A DNA stretch of 64,000 nucleotides from an uncultured Bdellovibrionales bacterium (GTDB lineage: Bacteria > Patescibacteriota > Minisyncoccia > Moranbacterales > UBA1568). Where the stretch lies: positions 21 to 64,020 of the forward strand of contig CAYTED010000001.1 in the NCBI GenBank assembly GCA_964436855.1. Reading direction: 5' to 3'. A program made the position numbers and the translations under genes. Shown here piece after piece: positions 45,606 through 55,400 of the stretch. Position 1 is the stretch's first letter. Each line of letters begins with the position of its first letter. The notes beneath the pieces were generated by a model. The model had not been told where the DNA came from. It worked only from the letters and a program-made list of their open reading frames with translations, and did not search any database.

Positions 45606-47903
45606 ATGGATATATCACGCCGATGGTTTTCAACATATGAAGGTCGATTCTTCTCCGCCCTCTCGATTGCTTTAGCGTTTGTATCGCTTTTTTTTATCGC
45701 CAAACAAGTCAAGACATTTCTCTTCCTTCGAATCGATGGGGGAAATGATCCCTACTATTTCCTTTTTCTTGTTTTCGACACCTTATTCCTCGCCGGTGTC
45801 GGGTATCTTTGGAAAAAAGCTTCTTTAAAAACTTGGCTCGAAATTTTTCTCCTCGTATTTCTTCCCAGCGAAATTATCCTCTCTTACGGACTGACGCAAT
45901 CATCGGAATTTCACTACATATTCGATATTGCGACCGGTCTCTATGCAATCATTCTCGCATTTTTTCTGGTCCGTCTTTTTTACGAAAAAAAACGTCACTC
46001 CGAAGAACTGAAAACCGAGGGACTCTCTCCAAAAGAATGGTTCCGATCCCAAGGGTTTTTTGCTCTTCTGTTTGTTCTTGCTCTCACCATCAACTTTCTT
46101 GCATTTGCTCTCAAGGATTTTACAAAATTCGCAGCCGTCGATGAACCGCTCTGGTTCGGCCGAATTCCCCATTACTGGCACAATATTGAGGATCGTGACT
46201 GGAAAGGAACCAATATTAGCGACAAACCGGGTATCACTATTGCGCTCACCGCCGGAGCCGGCCTCTGGTTTGAAACCCCAAGCGCGTATCGATCGATTCA
46301 CGCTTCAAGCGAACTCATCCGAACGGAAAAACAAGCCGAGATTGAAAGTCTTTACTTTACCTTTCGACTTCCGGTTATCCTTTTTGCAACCCTGCTTCTT
46401 CCGCTCTTTTACTTTTTCCTTGAACGACTTACCGGTCGAACAAAAGCCCTTTTCGCTTACGCGTTTATCGGGCTGTCTCCGCCACTCGTCGGTATGATCA
46501 AAATCATCAATCCGGATTCATATCTCTGGATATTTGCACCGCTCTCTATTCTCGCCTATCTCCTCTACCAGAAATCAAACCGTTTCCGTTACCTTATCGC
46601 CGCCGGCATACTCTTTGGACTCGCGCTCCTTACCAAATATGTCGCCAATATCGTACTCGTCTTTCTCTTTGGACTTGTATTTCTCGAATATATTTTTCTT
46701 CCAAAAGAAAGTCGCCCCGAATTTCCGATATACCTCAAACGATCTCTCACTTCTCTCTTTGTCTTCATGACAATAGCTCTTTCGCTTTTCTGGATTCTTT
46801 TCCCGGCAGTTTGGGTCAAAACAAAAAAACTCTTCACAGCGACACTGTTCTCCGAAGCCTTCGAGAGTACCGCCCCGATTTTCGTCATTCTTCTTGCGAT
46901 TATTCTTCTCGACCAGTGGCTCAATCGCTCCCGAGGAGTCGCGTTTCTCATTGCGCTTTTTGACCGATGGAAAGATTGGATTGTCCGTATTATCGCGCTT
47001 CTCTTCGCTGCGTCCGTTCTTTTCGTGATCTGGAACTCCTTTTCCGGTATGAGTGTCTATAATTTTGAGACCCTCCTCGCCTCGCCAAAGACCATTTCCA
47101 CTCGAAGCGACTTTATCGGAATTTTCCTCACGAATTTCTACCCGCTCATATTCGGCCTGACCCCGCTCACCCTCATCTTTCTTGTCGGCGCTTCACTCTT
47201 CCTCTTCTGTAAACCATCGCTCGAGAAATTATCACACCGGCTTCTCTTCTTCTCTCTTCTCTTTATCCTCCTCTATTACTTTGGCGCCACCATTAACAGT
47301 GTCGGCATGATTGTGCGATATCAGATTATGCTCTTCCCGCTTGCCGCCATTGGATCCGGTATATTTGCAAGTATCGTTTTCTTGTTTCTCAAAGAAAAAA
47401 TTTCCTTTCCATTTGAAAAAAAGTTGTTTTTCCCTCTTGTTCTTGTGGTGCTTTTCGGTATCGGAATGGTCTCGCTTGTACAAAATCCGTTTCCGCTCTC
47501 GTATGCGTCTTCAGTTCTTCCAAACCGCTATCACACCGATGTAAAAGATATGGGACCGGGTTCCTATGAGGCGGCAATGTATCTCAACTCCCTGCCCGAT
47601 GCGGAAAATCTGCTCATTTGGACGGACAAAGACGGCGTGTGTCGATTCTTTGTCGGACGCTGCAAACGAAGTTTCAATTTCACCAATTTGAAAAAAGAGG
47701 GCCTCGATTATATTGTCGTTTCTTCCGCACGGAAAAACCGGACAACAAGTTTCGTAAAAAGAGAAGTCGATCGAATGAAGCCCGACATTATTCGTTTTGA
47801 CACCTATTACGATCGCACCGATCCGGACTACGAACTCAAAATAAACGGCCGCGACTCACACTTTGTCAAAGTCTTCAAGTGGTCAGAAGAAACACCGAAG
47901 TAA
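45606..47903 (+). CDS. GT-C-like polytopic membrane glycosyltransferase (paralog A).
   Basis: …AAVDEPLWFGR…DKPGITIALTAG… and a conserved C-terminal domain are shared with 47903..49810. Confidence 0.55.
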   Translation: MDISRRWFSTYEGRFFSALSIALAFVSLFFIAKQVKTFLFLRIDGGNDPYYFLFLVFDTLFLAGVGYLWKKASLKTWLEIFLLVFLPSEIILSYGLTQSSEFHYIFDIATGLYAIILAFFLVRLFYEKKRHSEELKTEGLSPKEWFRSQGFFALLFVLALTINFLAFALKDFTKFAAVDEPLWFGRIPHYWHNIEDRDWKGTNISDKPGITIALTAGAGLWFETPSAYRSIHASSELIRTEKQAEIESLYFTFRLPVILFATLLLPLFYFFLERLTGRTKALFAYAFIGLSPPLVGMIKIINPDSYLWIFAPLSILAYLLYQKSNRFRYLIAAGILFGLALLTKYVANIVLVFLFGLVFLEYIFLPKESRPEFPIYLKRSLTSLFVFMTIALSLFWILFPAVWVKTKKLFTATLFSEAFESTAPIFVILLAIILLDQWLNRSRGVAFLIALFDRWKDWIVRIIALLFAASVLFVIWNSFSGMSVYNFETLLASPKTISTRSDFIGIFLTNFYPLIFGLTPLTLIFLVGASLFLFCKPSLEKLSHRLLFFSLLFILLYYFGATINSVGMIVRYQIMLFPLAAIGSGIFASIVFLFLKEKISFPFEKKLFFPLVLVVLFGIGMVSLVQNPFPLSYASSVLPNRYHTDVKDMGPGSYEAAMYLNSLPDAENLLIWTDKDGVCRFFVGRCKRSFNFTNLKKEGLDYIVVSSARKNRTTSFVKREVDRMKPDIIRFDTYYDRTDPDYELKINGRDSHFVKVFKWSEETPK

Positions 47904-49810
47904 TGCCCTCTCTTATTGATCGATATTCACTCTCCTTCCTCACGCTCGGAATCGCTCTCTTTTTCGGTTTCGGATTGTTTCATTTGGGAAAATTCGAGAC
48001 AGTCGATGAACACTTCTGGAAATACGACCGAATCGGCGATTACTTTTCCGGATGGAAACAAGGATTAAAGGAAGGAAAATGGAAAAAAACTCGCATCAAT
48101 GACAAACCGGGAATCACAATTGCCCTCACATCCGGAATAGGACTTTTAGTCGAACCGGATCCGGAATCGCACCGTATTCGTGACCCGAAGCAAACGAGTG
48201 ATGACTTCTACACTCTGTACGACACACGCCGGACCGAACGCCTGAATATTGCATTGCGACTCCCTATTCTTATTATCAATACACTCCTTCTTATTCTTTT
48301 TTTCTTCCTCGGAAAACGATACTTCGCGAGATCGGACACAGCTCTTTTTGCGACGCTTTTTCTCACGCTTTCGCCAATCATCGTTGGAATATCGCAAATA
48401 ATCAATCCCGACGCTCTCCTCTGGTCGCTTGGCGGAAACGCGCTTCTTGCATTTCTCATTTTCCTCAAAGAAAACTCTTTCCGTTTTGCCCTCCTCTCGG
48501 GAATATTGTTTGGATTCGTCATCCTTACCAAATACACGGGAAATATCCTCCTTCCAAGTTTTTTCCTCCTCGGAATACTCTCTCTCTTTGTCCGATATGA
48601 AACAGAATACTGCGATACCGAAATATTCCGAAAAACCGTGAAAAGAATTTTTTTTGGTCTTGGTATCGTGTTCCTCTCCGGTATCGTGATCTTCTTGATG
48701 TTTCTCCCCGCCGCCATCGAAAATACAAAATATCTTTTCTCCGGAACACTCGATTCACCGGCGTTTCGAGCAGTTCGACTTCCTTTTTTCGGACTTCTTC
48801 TCCTGATCGCCGTCGATCTCTTCGCCTTCCGATCAAGATACCTTCACAAACTTCTTCGATTTCTCTCATCGAAAAAATTGCTTCTCTTTGGAATAATTGC
48901 CGCCATTCCGCTTTCCTTTTTTCTTCTCTCTCTGGCAAATATATATGGTAAGGAATTCCTCTTCCCGATCGACAATATCCGGGAGATGTCGGTCGAGGAA
49001 GATACTCTTGCCTTTCCAGACTTCGCCAATAACCCCCTTCCAATATTTCTTATAAAAGCAATGACGGTTCAGTTTTCGATGTTTGTCTTCAGCCTCCCAA
49101 CACTCTCGTTTCTTCTTTTCATCGGACTCCTCCTGTGGATGATCCGATTCGGAAAAAACACGGATCCGGACTTTGCGCTCATTTTCCTTTTTGTATCGCT
49201 CTTTCTCCCGCTCTATATGGCAGGAGGACTCGCAAGCGATGTCCTTGTCAATCCGCGCTATTCCATACTCCTCTATCCTTTTCTTGCGCTCGCATTTGGC
49301 GCATTCGTCTCTCTCCTTTCCGAGAGAGTACATAAATACACACCTTCGATTCGAGCGCTTTTTTTCGGATCGGTTATTCTTCTCTTTGGATTTTTTTCAC
49401 TCTTCTCTTCAAAACCCTTTTATCTCAATTTCGAAAATGCGCTGCTTCCAAAACAGCTCACTTTCGCGGATGCCTGGGGGTACGGTGCCTACGAAGCGGC
49501 AGCCTATCTCAACAACCTCCCGAATCCCGAAACGATCGAGATTTGGACGGATCGCTCTGGCATTTGTCAATTTATCAAGGGGAAATGCCACCGCGATCAC
49601 GAGATTGACCCGAATCATCCCCCGGATTACTTTGTCTTTTCCCGCCGCGGATCACTCCGACATCCGTTTGAATGGGACGAACGAAAAGGTGCGCCGAAAC
49701 ACCCGACAATGTACTATTACGAACAAGTCAAAACAAATCCCGCATGGAAACTCGAGATCAATGATCGGCCGAGCAACTTCATCGTGATCGTCAAATCGGA
49801 AGAAGAATAG
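47903..49810 (+). CDS. GT-C-like polytopic membrane glycosyltransferase (tandem paralog B).
   Basis: …ETVDEHFWKYDR…DKPGITIALTSG… and the C-terminal …EIWTDRSGICQFIKGKC… match paralog A. Its start overlaps the preceding stop (TAATG). Confidence 0.55.
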   Translation: MPSLIDRYSLSFLTLGIALFFGFGLFHLGKFETVDEHFWKYDRIGDYFSGWKQGLKEGKWKKTRINDKPGITIALTSGIGLLVEPDPESHRIRDPKQTSDDFYTLYDTRRTERLNIALRLPILIINTLLLILFFFLGKRYFARSDTALFATLFLTLSPIIVGISQIINPDALLWSLGGNALLAFLIFLKENSFRFALLSGILFGFVILTKYTGNILLPSFFLLGILSLFVRYETEYCDTEIFRKTVKRIFFGLGIVFLSGIVIFLMFLPAAIENTKYLFSGTLDSPAFRAVRLPFFGLLLLIAVDLFAFRSRYLHKLLRFLSSKKLLLFGIIAAIPLSFFLLSLANIYGKEFLFPIDNIREMSVEEDTLAFPDFANNPLPIFLIKAMTVQFSMFVFSLPTLSFLLFIGLLLWMIRFGKNTDPDFALIFLFVSLFLPLYMAGGLASDVLVNPRYSILLYPFLALAFGAFVSLLSERVHKYTPSIRALFFGSVILLFGFFSLFSSKPFYLNFENALLPKQLTFADAWGYGAYEAAAYLNNLPNPETIEIWTDRSGICQFIKGKCHRDHEIDPNHPPDYFVFSRRGSLRHPFEWDERKGAPKHPTMYYYEQVKTNPAWKLEINDRPSNFIVIVKSEEE

Positions 49811-49827
49811 CTTATATAAGCATTAAA

Positions 49828-49860
49828 ACAGCGGAGAGACCACTGTTTTTTTATTTTTTT
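49828..49860. terminator. Intrinsic terminator (acagcgg-agaga-ccactgt plus T14) between convergent genes.
   Basis: The hairpin is followed by a long T-run. Confidence 0.55.
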
Positions 49861-50780
49861 CCCTCACGCAAATATTGAGGAAGCGCGATAAACGAAATGA
49901 GCATTTGGAGAAATCGAGAAAGAATTGCGATTGCGACGGCTGAATCCGGCGCGACACCGACGAGTGGAAAAAATGTGAAGTACGCCCACTCCTTTATACC
50001 GATATTATTAATCGAGAGCGGCACGCTCGAAATAATCGTAACGATAAAAATAACCGAGAGATACGGAAAGAATGCAATGTCCTTGCCAATCGCAAGAAAG
50101 AGCGCGTAATTCGAGAGTGCGATCCCGACGAACGCAAAGAGCGCCGAGTAGAGACTCGCTTTCGTCCAAATCCCCTTCTTTGTGAACCCGATCACCTCTT
50201 CGATCAGTCGACGAATTGCAAATGGCGCAAAGGCAAGCAATCGATGAAACCATGGTTGAAAATACGCGTACGTCACAAACAAATCCCCAAGCAAGAAAAG
50301 GAACAAACCAAGGAGCGCCCCCTGAACGGCAATATTGTCCGAAAAATATCTCCACAACGATACCGAAAAAAGAAGCGCGAGAATCGCCGTTGTCCAAAGC
50401 CCGATAAATCGATCAAAAACAACCGTAGAAAGCGAGGCTGCCTTCGCGTCGGTCTTCCGCGCAAGCCACAATCCTCGATACGCATCGCCGCCGATCGTCG
50501 ATGGAAGAAAATTATTGATAAACGCCCCGGTCAGATACGTAAAAAACCCTTCTTTCAAAGAAAAGGTGAGATCCGGGTGCTTATGCACGGCAATCACCTG
50601 CCACTTCCGTGCGGAAAGAATATTTCCCGAAAGCTGCAGTATCACATAAAAAAGAAGAAAGAAAAAAGAAACTCCCTGCAATTCGGAAAGTACGACCGAC
50701 CAATTCACTTTCTCGATGAGCCACAGCACAAGCCCTGCTCCAATCGTAATTTTGAGAAGAAAAAAAAGTTTCTTTTTCAT
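49851..50780 (-). CDS. Flippase-like / lysylphosphatidylglycerol-synthase-TM-region (UPF0104) membrane protein.
   Basis: The product has about 8 TM helices. …FINNFLPSTIGGDAYRGLWL… is typical of the LPG_synthase_TM family. Confidence 0.6.
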   Translation of the reverse strand: MKKKLFFLLKITIGAGLVLWLIEKVNWSVVLSELQGVSFFFLLFYVILQLSGNILSARKWQVIAVHKHPDLTFSLKEGFFTYLTGAFINNFLPSTIGGDAYRGLWLARKTDAKAASLSTVVFDRFIGLWTTAILALLFSVSLWRYFSDNIAVQGALLGLFLFLLGDLFVTYAYFQPWFHRLLAFAPFAIRRLIEEVIGFTKKGIWTKASLYSALFAFVGIALSNYALFLAIGKDIAFFPYLSVIFIVTIISSVPLSINNIGIKEWAYFTFFPLVGVAPDSAVAIAILSRFLQMLISFIALPQYLREGKK

Positions 50781-50785
50781 GCTTT

Positions 50786-51946
50786 TTATTTGAAAAGATC
50801 TTTTGCTTTCCGATATTGTTCGATATACCGCTCCGCAACATTCCTCCAACTCATTGATTCCGCTTTTATGCGACTCGCCTCGGCAAGAGAGCGGCAGAGA
50901 GCGGAATCATTCACGAGTCGCTCCAGTTTTTCCGCGATATCAACTGTTGATTTCATTTGAATTTCAAAGCCGTTTTTCCCCTCGAGAAGCACTTCGTCCG
51001 ACCCGCCGGTACGCGTTACAAGAAGCGGGAGTCCTGCCGCTGCCGCCTCAAGCATCGCATTACTCATTCCTTCGTTCATCGACGGAAGAATGAAGGCATC
51101 CGCTTTGGCATACCACTTTGAAAGTTCCTCGTGCGGAACACGTCCGATAAACTTCACCTGATTGGAAATACCGTGTTCTTTTGCAAGCGCTTCCAGTGAT
51201 TCTCGTTCGTGTCCATCACCGATAAGCAACGCTTCGACATTCGAAATATTCTTTTCTTTTTTAAGCGTCGCGAGCGCGGCGATAAGATACCGCAACCCCT
51301 TTCTCGGCGTCAGTCGCGAAGTTGAAATCACCCGAAATATTCCATCCGTACTCCCCGTACTCGGCGTGAATTCCGCGATATCGATTCCGTTCGGAATGAT
51401 ATCCATGCGCTGTTTCGGATTCGTCTGTTCGGCGAGCCGCTTGAGTCCCGCGCTTGCAGAGATCACCGCCGCCGCATCCTTCCAGATTCTCCGAATCGCC
51501 GGCTTGAGCGCATGATAAAGAAAAGAAAAACGCTCGCTAAATCCGGGGACATCCGCCCCGCGAAGCGAGACAATATACGGCACACGATACTTCTTGGAAA
51601 GCCGCATCGCCATATATCCGCACGGTACGGAAAAAAAAGCATGCACGAGATCAAACTTCTCTTTTCGAAGAAGCTCATTTGATTTTTTATAACCCTCCCA
51701 CGTATAAAAAAGCAAATCCTTTACAGATTGAAAGTGAAGATTTTTTTCATTCTTCCCGATAGGAACCGAATGAACAACTACCCTTCCGCCAATGCATTCA
51801 TCGTGAAATCCCGCATCAACCGACGAGGTGATGAGGTGCACTTCAAGATCGGGAATTTTCGTGTATTCACGCAAGAGATACTGCGTCGCATTTCCCGCTC
51901 CGCCCCCAAGCGGCGGATATTCGTAATTCAAAAAGAGGATTTTCAT
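50786..51946 (-). CDS. Glycosyltransferase family 4.
   Basis: The N-terminus is KILFLNYEYPPLGGGAGNA and the C-terminus carries the GT4 EX7E region. Confidence 0.8.
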   Translation of the reverse strand: MKILFLNYEYPPLGGGAGNATQYLLREYTKIPDLEVHLITSSVDAGFHDECIGGRVVVHSVPIGKNEKNLHFQSVKDLLFYTWEGYKKSNELLRKEKFDLVHAFFSVPCGYMAMRLSKKYRVPYIVSLRGADVPGFSERFSFLYHALKPAIRRIWKDAAAVISASAGLKRLAEQTNPKQRMDIIPNGIDIAEFTPSTGSTDGIFRVISTSRLTPRKGLRYLIAALATLKKEKNISNVEALLIGDGHERESLEALAKEHGISNQVKFIGRVPHEELSKWYAKADAFILPSMNEGMSNAMLEAAAAGLPLLVTRTGGSDEVLLEGKNGFEIQMKSTVDIAEKLERLVNDSALCRSLAEASRIKAESMSWRNVAERYIEQYRKAKDLFK

Positions 51947-51969
51947 AGTTTTAAGCCATTTCAAGGATA

Positions 51970-51998
51970 TTGACAAACATCAGAATACGCTCTATACT
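51970..51998 (+). promoter_or_regulatory. Consensus sigma70 promoter: TTGACA, 17-bp spacer, TATACT.
   Basis: The -35 element is at 51970-51975 and the -10 at 51993-51998. No plus-strand gene lies downstream. Confidence 0.45.
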
Positions 51999-52002
51999 CT
52001 AT

Positions 52003-52056
52003 GTATAAATGGGCTTCGGCCTCCGAGACCCCGCCTTACGGTGGGGTCGTTTTTTT
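52003..52056 (+). ncRNA. Candidate roughly 55-nt small RNA: two hairpins (ggc-UUCG-gcc; gaccccgcc-uuac-ggugggguc) followed by U7.
   Basis: A promoter and an intrinsic terminator bracket a short non-coding segment that is convergent with the 3' end of the mazF-like gene. Confidence 0.35.
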
Positions 52057-52447
52057 ATACAGATACCGATTTCACTGCTTGCTGTATCTTCTCAAAATCG
52101 CCTTCCGATATCATACCAAGTTTTCGCAAAAGCCGCTTACTACTCAAGACACGGATTTGCGAAAGAACAAGATAATATTCTTTGTCACGCCTCGTAATTT
52201 TATAGAAAAACTTTCCCTTTTTCGGTCGACTTGTTTGCGGCACCGAAAGAAAAAGGTATTTGTTGAATTTTTTCAAGATAAGAATCGGTCGCTCGTAATT
52301 ATCGTTCTTCCCATCTTGTTCAAATCCGATATTGACACCAAGCGCACACCACCAGAGTTCCCGCTCATAAAAATACGGGATATGTTCATCCGGAATGTCA
52401 TTCAAAAACTCCTTCTTTTTACACCAACCCAAAAAATCTTTTCCCAT
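52055..52447 (-). CDS. MazF/PemK-family endoribonuclease toxin-like protein (orphan).
   Basis: It aligns with B. subtilis EndoA/MazF. GFEQDGK…ERPILIL matches GSEQGG-RPVLVI. SVPQTS matches AAITAQ. VLSQIRVLSSKRLLRKLG matches LLEQIRTIDKQRL. Confidence 0.65.
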   Translation of the reverse strand: MGKDFLGWCKKKEFLNDIPDEHIPYFYERELWWCALGVNIGFEQDGKNDNYERPILILKKFNKYLFLSVPQTSRPKKGKFFYKITRRDKEYYLVLSQIRVLSSKRLLRKLGMISEGDFEKIQQAVKSVSV

Positions 52448-52451
52448 AATT

Positions 52452-55400
52452 TTAATAATACACCTTCACGTTCCCCTTCTCCGTCGTAAGTCCCGGAATA
52501 ATCATTCCGGAAATCTTCTTCCGAACGGGACGACGATCCGTGTTATCATCACCCTCATCGGATAAATCTCTCGGTTTCTCCATTATGACAGTTTGATGTT
52601 TCTTTGGAAGGTAGTGCGATTCAAGCTTCACTGTATCGGTTCGGATATGCGAGGCAAAGAGCGCATATTCGTTTGTGTCTTGCCGGAGACGGAGTATCCA
52701 TTTGTAATCGAGGGTTGTTTTCGGAAGATTCGCCGAAACACCATCGTACGCGATCGATTTGAACTCGATCGAAATCCGACCGAAACGATCTCTTTCCTTT
52801 TCAAAAGAAAGTTCGGTTCGATGACCAGCTGCATCGGTAAGAGTAACGGTCTTTATTTCTTTTTGCTTCTCCTTGTCATTCCGAGCAAGTCTTCGAGTTG
52901 AGGAATCTCTAAATTGAGGTCCCTCGACTTCGCTCGGGATGACAGAATCCATCATCACTACTGAAACAGATTGACTGAAAGCATCCATTCCGACGATATC
53001 AAGTTTCTGTACTTCGGGATTGAAAGAAATTTTTGCTTCAGGGGCGGTCTTGTCAATCTTGATTGTTTGGATCTTCACTTCTTCCTTGTTTCCCATTTGG
53101 TCGGTCGAGAAATACTGAATAGTCGCAATCCCTTCTTGAGAAAGAACAAACGGATCGGTATATATCCTCCATGTCGTACCACTATCAAATGAGTATTCTG
53201 TCTTTTGAATACCGGTTCCATTTTCATTGTCAGCTGCGGAAAGCGCGATCGAAACATCACTCGTATACCAACCATTTGCGCCTTCCGTTCCGGAGAGAGA
53301 AAGCGTTGTGACTGGAGGAATAGTATCAGTCTCCCCTCCTCCGGTAACCGTATCGCCTTCAATCGCAATCGCTTGTTCTTCTTCTGCCAAGAGAGTGGCC
53401 GTTCCTCGGAGAGTCGCCGTCGATTCTTTCGCTTCGCCCATATCCGGATCTTCGGTAATCTTCGTCGCTTCAATACGATAGTTACCCTCTCCCGTTCCTT
53501 GGGTCAAGATCTTGTATTCGCCATCTTCCGGATTCGGAATGGTGATGAATTCGTTTTTAGTCTGATAACCGGTATAGAAAGCGCCTTCAATTTCGTTGAT
53601 GATGTCTCCTGTTTTGAAGTTCTTTCCGATCCGTTTTCCGGAAGGGGAAACGACTTGAATGTCAATGGGAGAGAAAACCTTAATCAAGAAAATGTTCGGC
53701 ACATTTACTTCTATGATTTCTTTGCATTCTGATCGACCTGACAATTCGTGGAACACGAGACATCGCGCCCTACTCGGCAGCTCGGTATGTTCAGCATCGA
53801 GAATTTCTTCCTTATCTGAAGGAAGAGCTTCAGCACTTGAGAGAGGGACGGTGCCATCTCCGGAAGAAAAAGAGAATCCATTTTCAGGATTATCGGAATA
53901 AAAATCAAGAGGCATTCCATTCTCCCACTTACCCAACTTAGAAGTATGGATGAGCTTTATTTTTTCAATTGATTTTTGAATCGACTGTTTGCCAATAACA
54001 CTCAAACTTCTTACGCCGTTAAGCGCATTAACATTCATTGTTAAATTTTCCAAAAACTCATTCCTCGAATAATTCTCCGGGTACGATCGCATTGTTTCAC
54101 TTCCAAGATCAAACAAATAATCATAATCCGGAAGCAGTTGTTTTACCGAAAACACAGCTCCACGAATATATTCATACAGACTCGAGTATCCCGAGTGTTC
54201 CGCTTCAATCGTAAAGTGATGCTTGAGGACACTGTCGAGCAAATCTGTCCCAAACTCTCCTCCCTCCCACATTAAGTAAGCTTTTGGCGCACCCCGATGC
54301 GGCGTACCGAGCGTTACGAGCTGATCAACATCACTCTGATACGCATCGCCTTCGATATATTCCCTTGCTACCAACCCGCCCATCGAATGTGCGGCAATAT
54401 CGACCTTTTCCGATCCGGTTTCATTTTTGATGTCCGTGATTTTTTGTTTCAAATCATTCGCCGTATCGCGATTGTCCCGTTTCCAATCGTAAGGAAAGAG
54501 AAAGAGGTTCCTCCCTTCTTCATAGCCGTTTTTCTTGAGTGATGCGACAAGATCGTCGTAAATATGAAGAATCGGATCAAGCACCCATTCTCCGTTGTCA
54601 TTCTTTTCCGAGCCAAGAATCCCGGGAACGATGATGAGCGGATCGGCCAAGAGATCATTTTGTCGGAAACCGGAGTATGCGACCGTTCCCGAGACTTTTT
54701 TCCCTTCACCAAAATGACCATAGTCATTCGATACATCTCCCCGCGGACCGGTGATATCGCCGTAATAATTATTGCGAAGCGAGACGATCGGTTCGCAAAC
54801 TGCTCCTTCCGGACAGCTTCCATCTCCAATCGAAACCGCTTCGTTCGCCTGACGGTAGAAATCCTCGGTATTTCCGATCGGGATATTGTTGTCGCTTCGC
54901 TTGTACGGAATATAGTACGAAAAATTCGAGTTAATGATAGAAAGAGTATCCGCTCCCTCACCCCACCGGTATGGGTATTCCGCGCGAATGTCGGAAGAGA
55001 GACTCCCCTGGAAAAGGGAATTCTCAATCCGAAGCCGCCCTTCGAAAAAATGAAGGGTCGGGAGTCCGGGAGTCGTTCCGAAATCACCTCCGGCTTCTTC
55101 ATTCTCTTTCCCGCCGTCAAGGAAGTGAACGTGTCGGAAAAGAGATGGGTCATTTTCGACGCTCCCTTGGAAAAAAACTTGGTAGTGCGCGGTTTCGTCT
55201 TTCGGAGCGAACACAATCGGATTCGTTTCCGTTCCGTTTGCAAGTACCCGCCCACCCTGAATCTGGAAGAGTCCGTATCCGCCAAAAGAATCGGAAAGGG
55301 TGATATGGACGCCTTCTTCGATCGTAAGTGTCGCACCGGATACGATCACTGGCTTGTCGAAAGAAAGTTCCGAGTCTTTGATCCAGACAGTATCCTCGAC

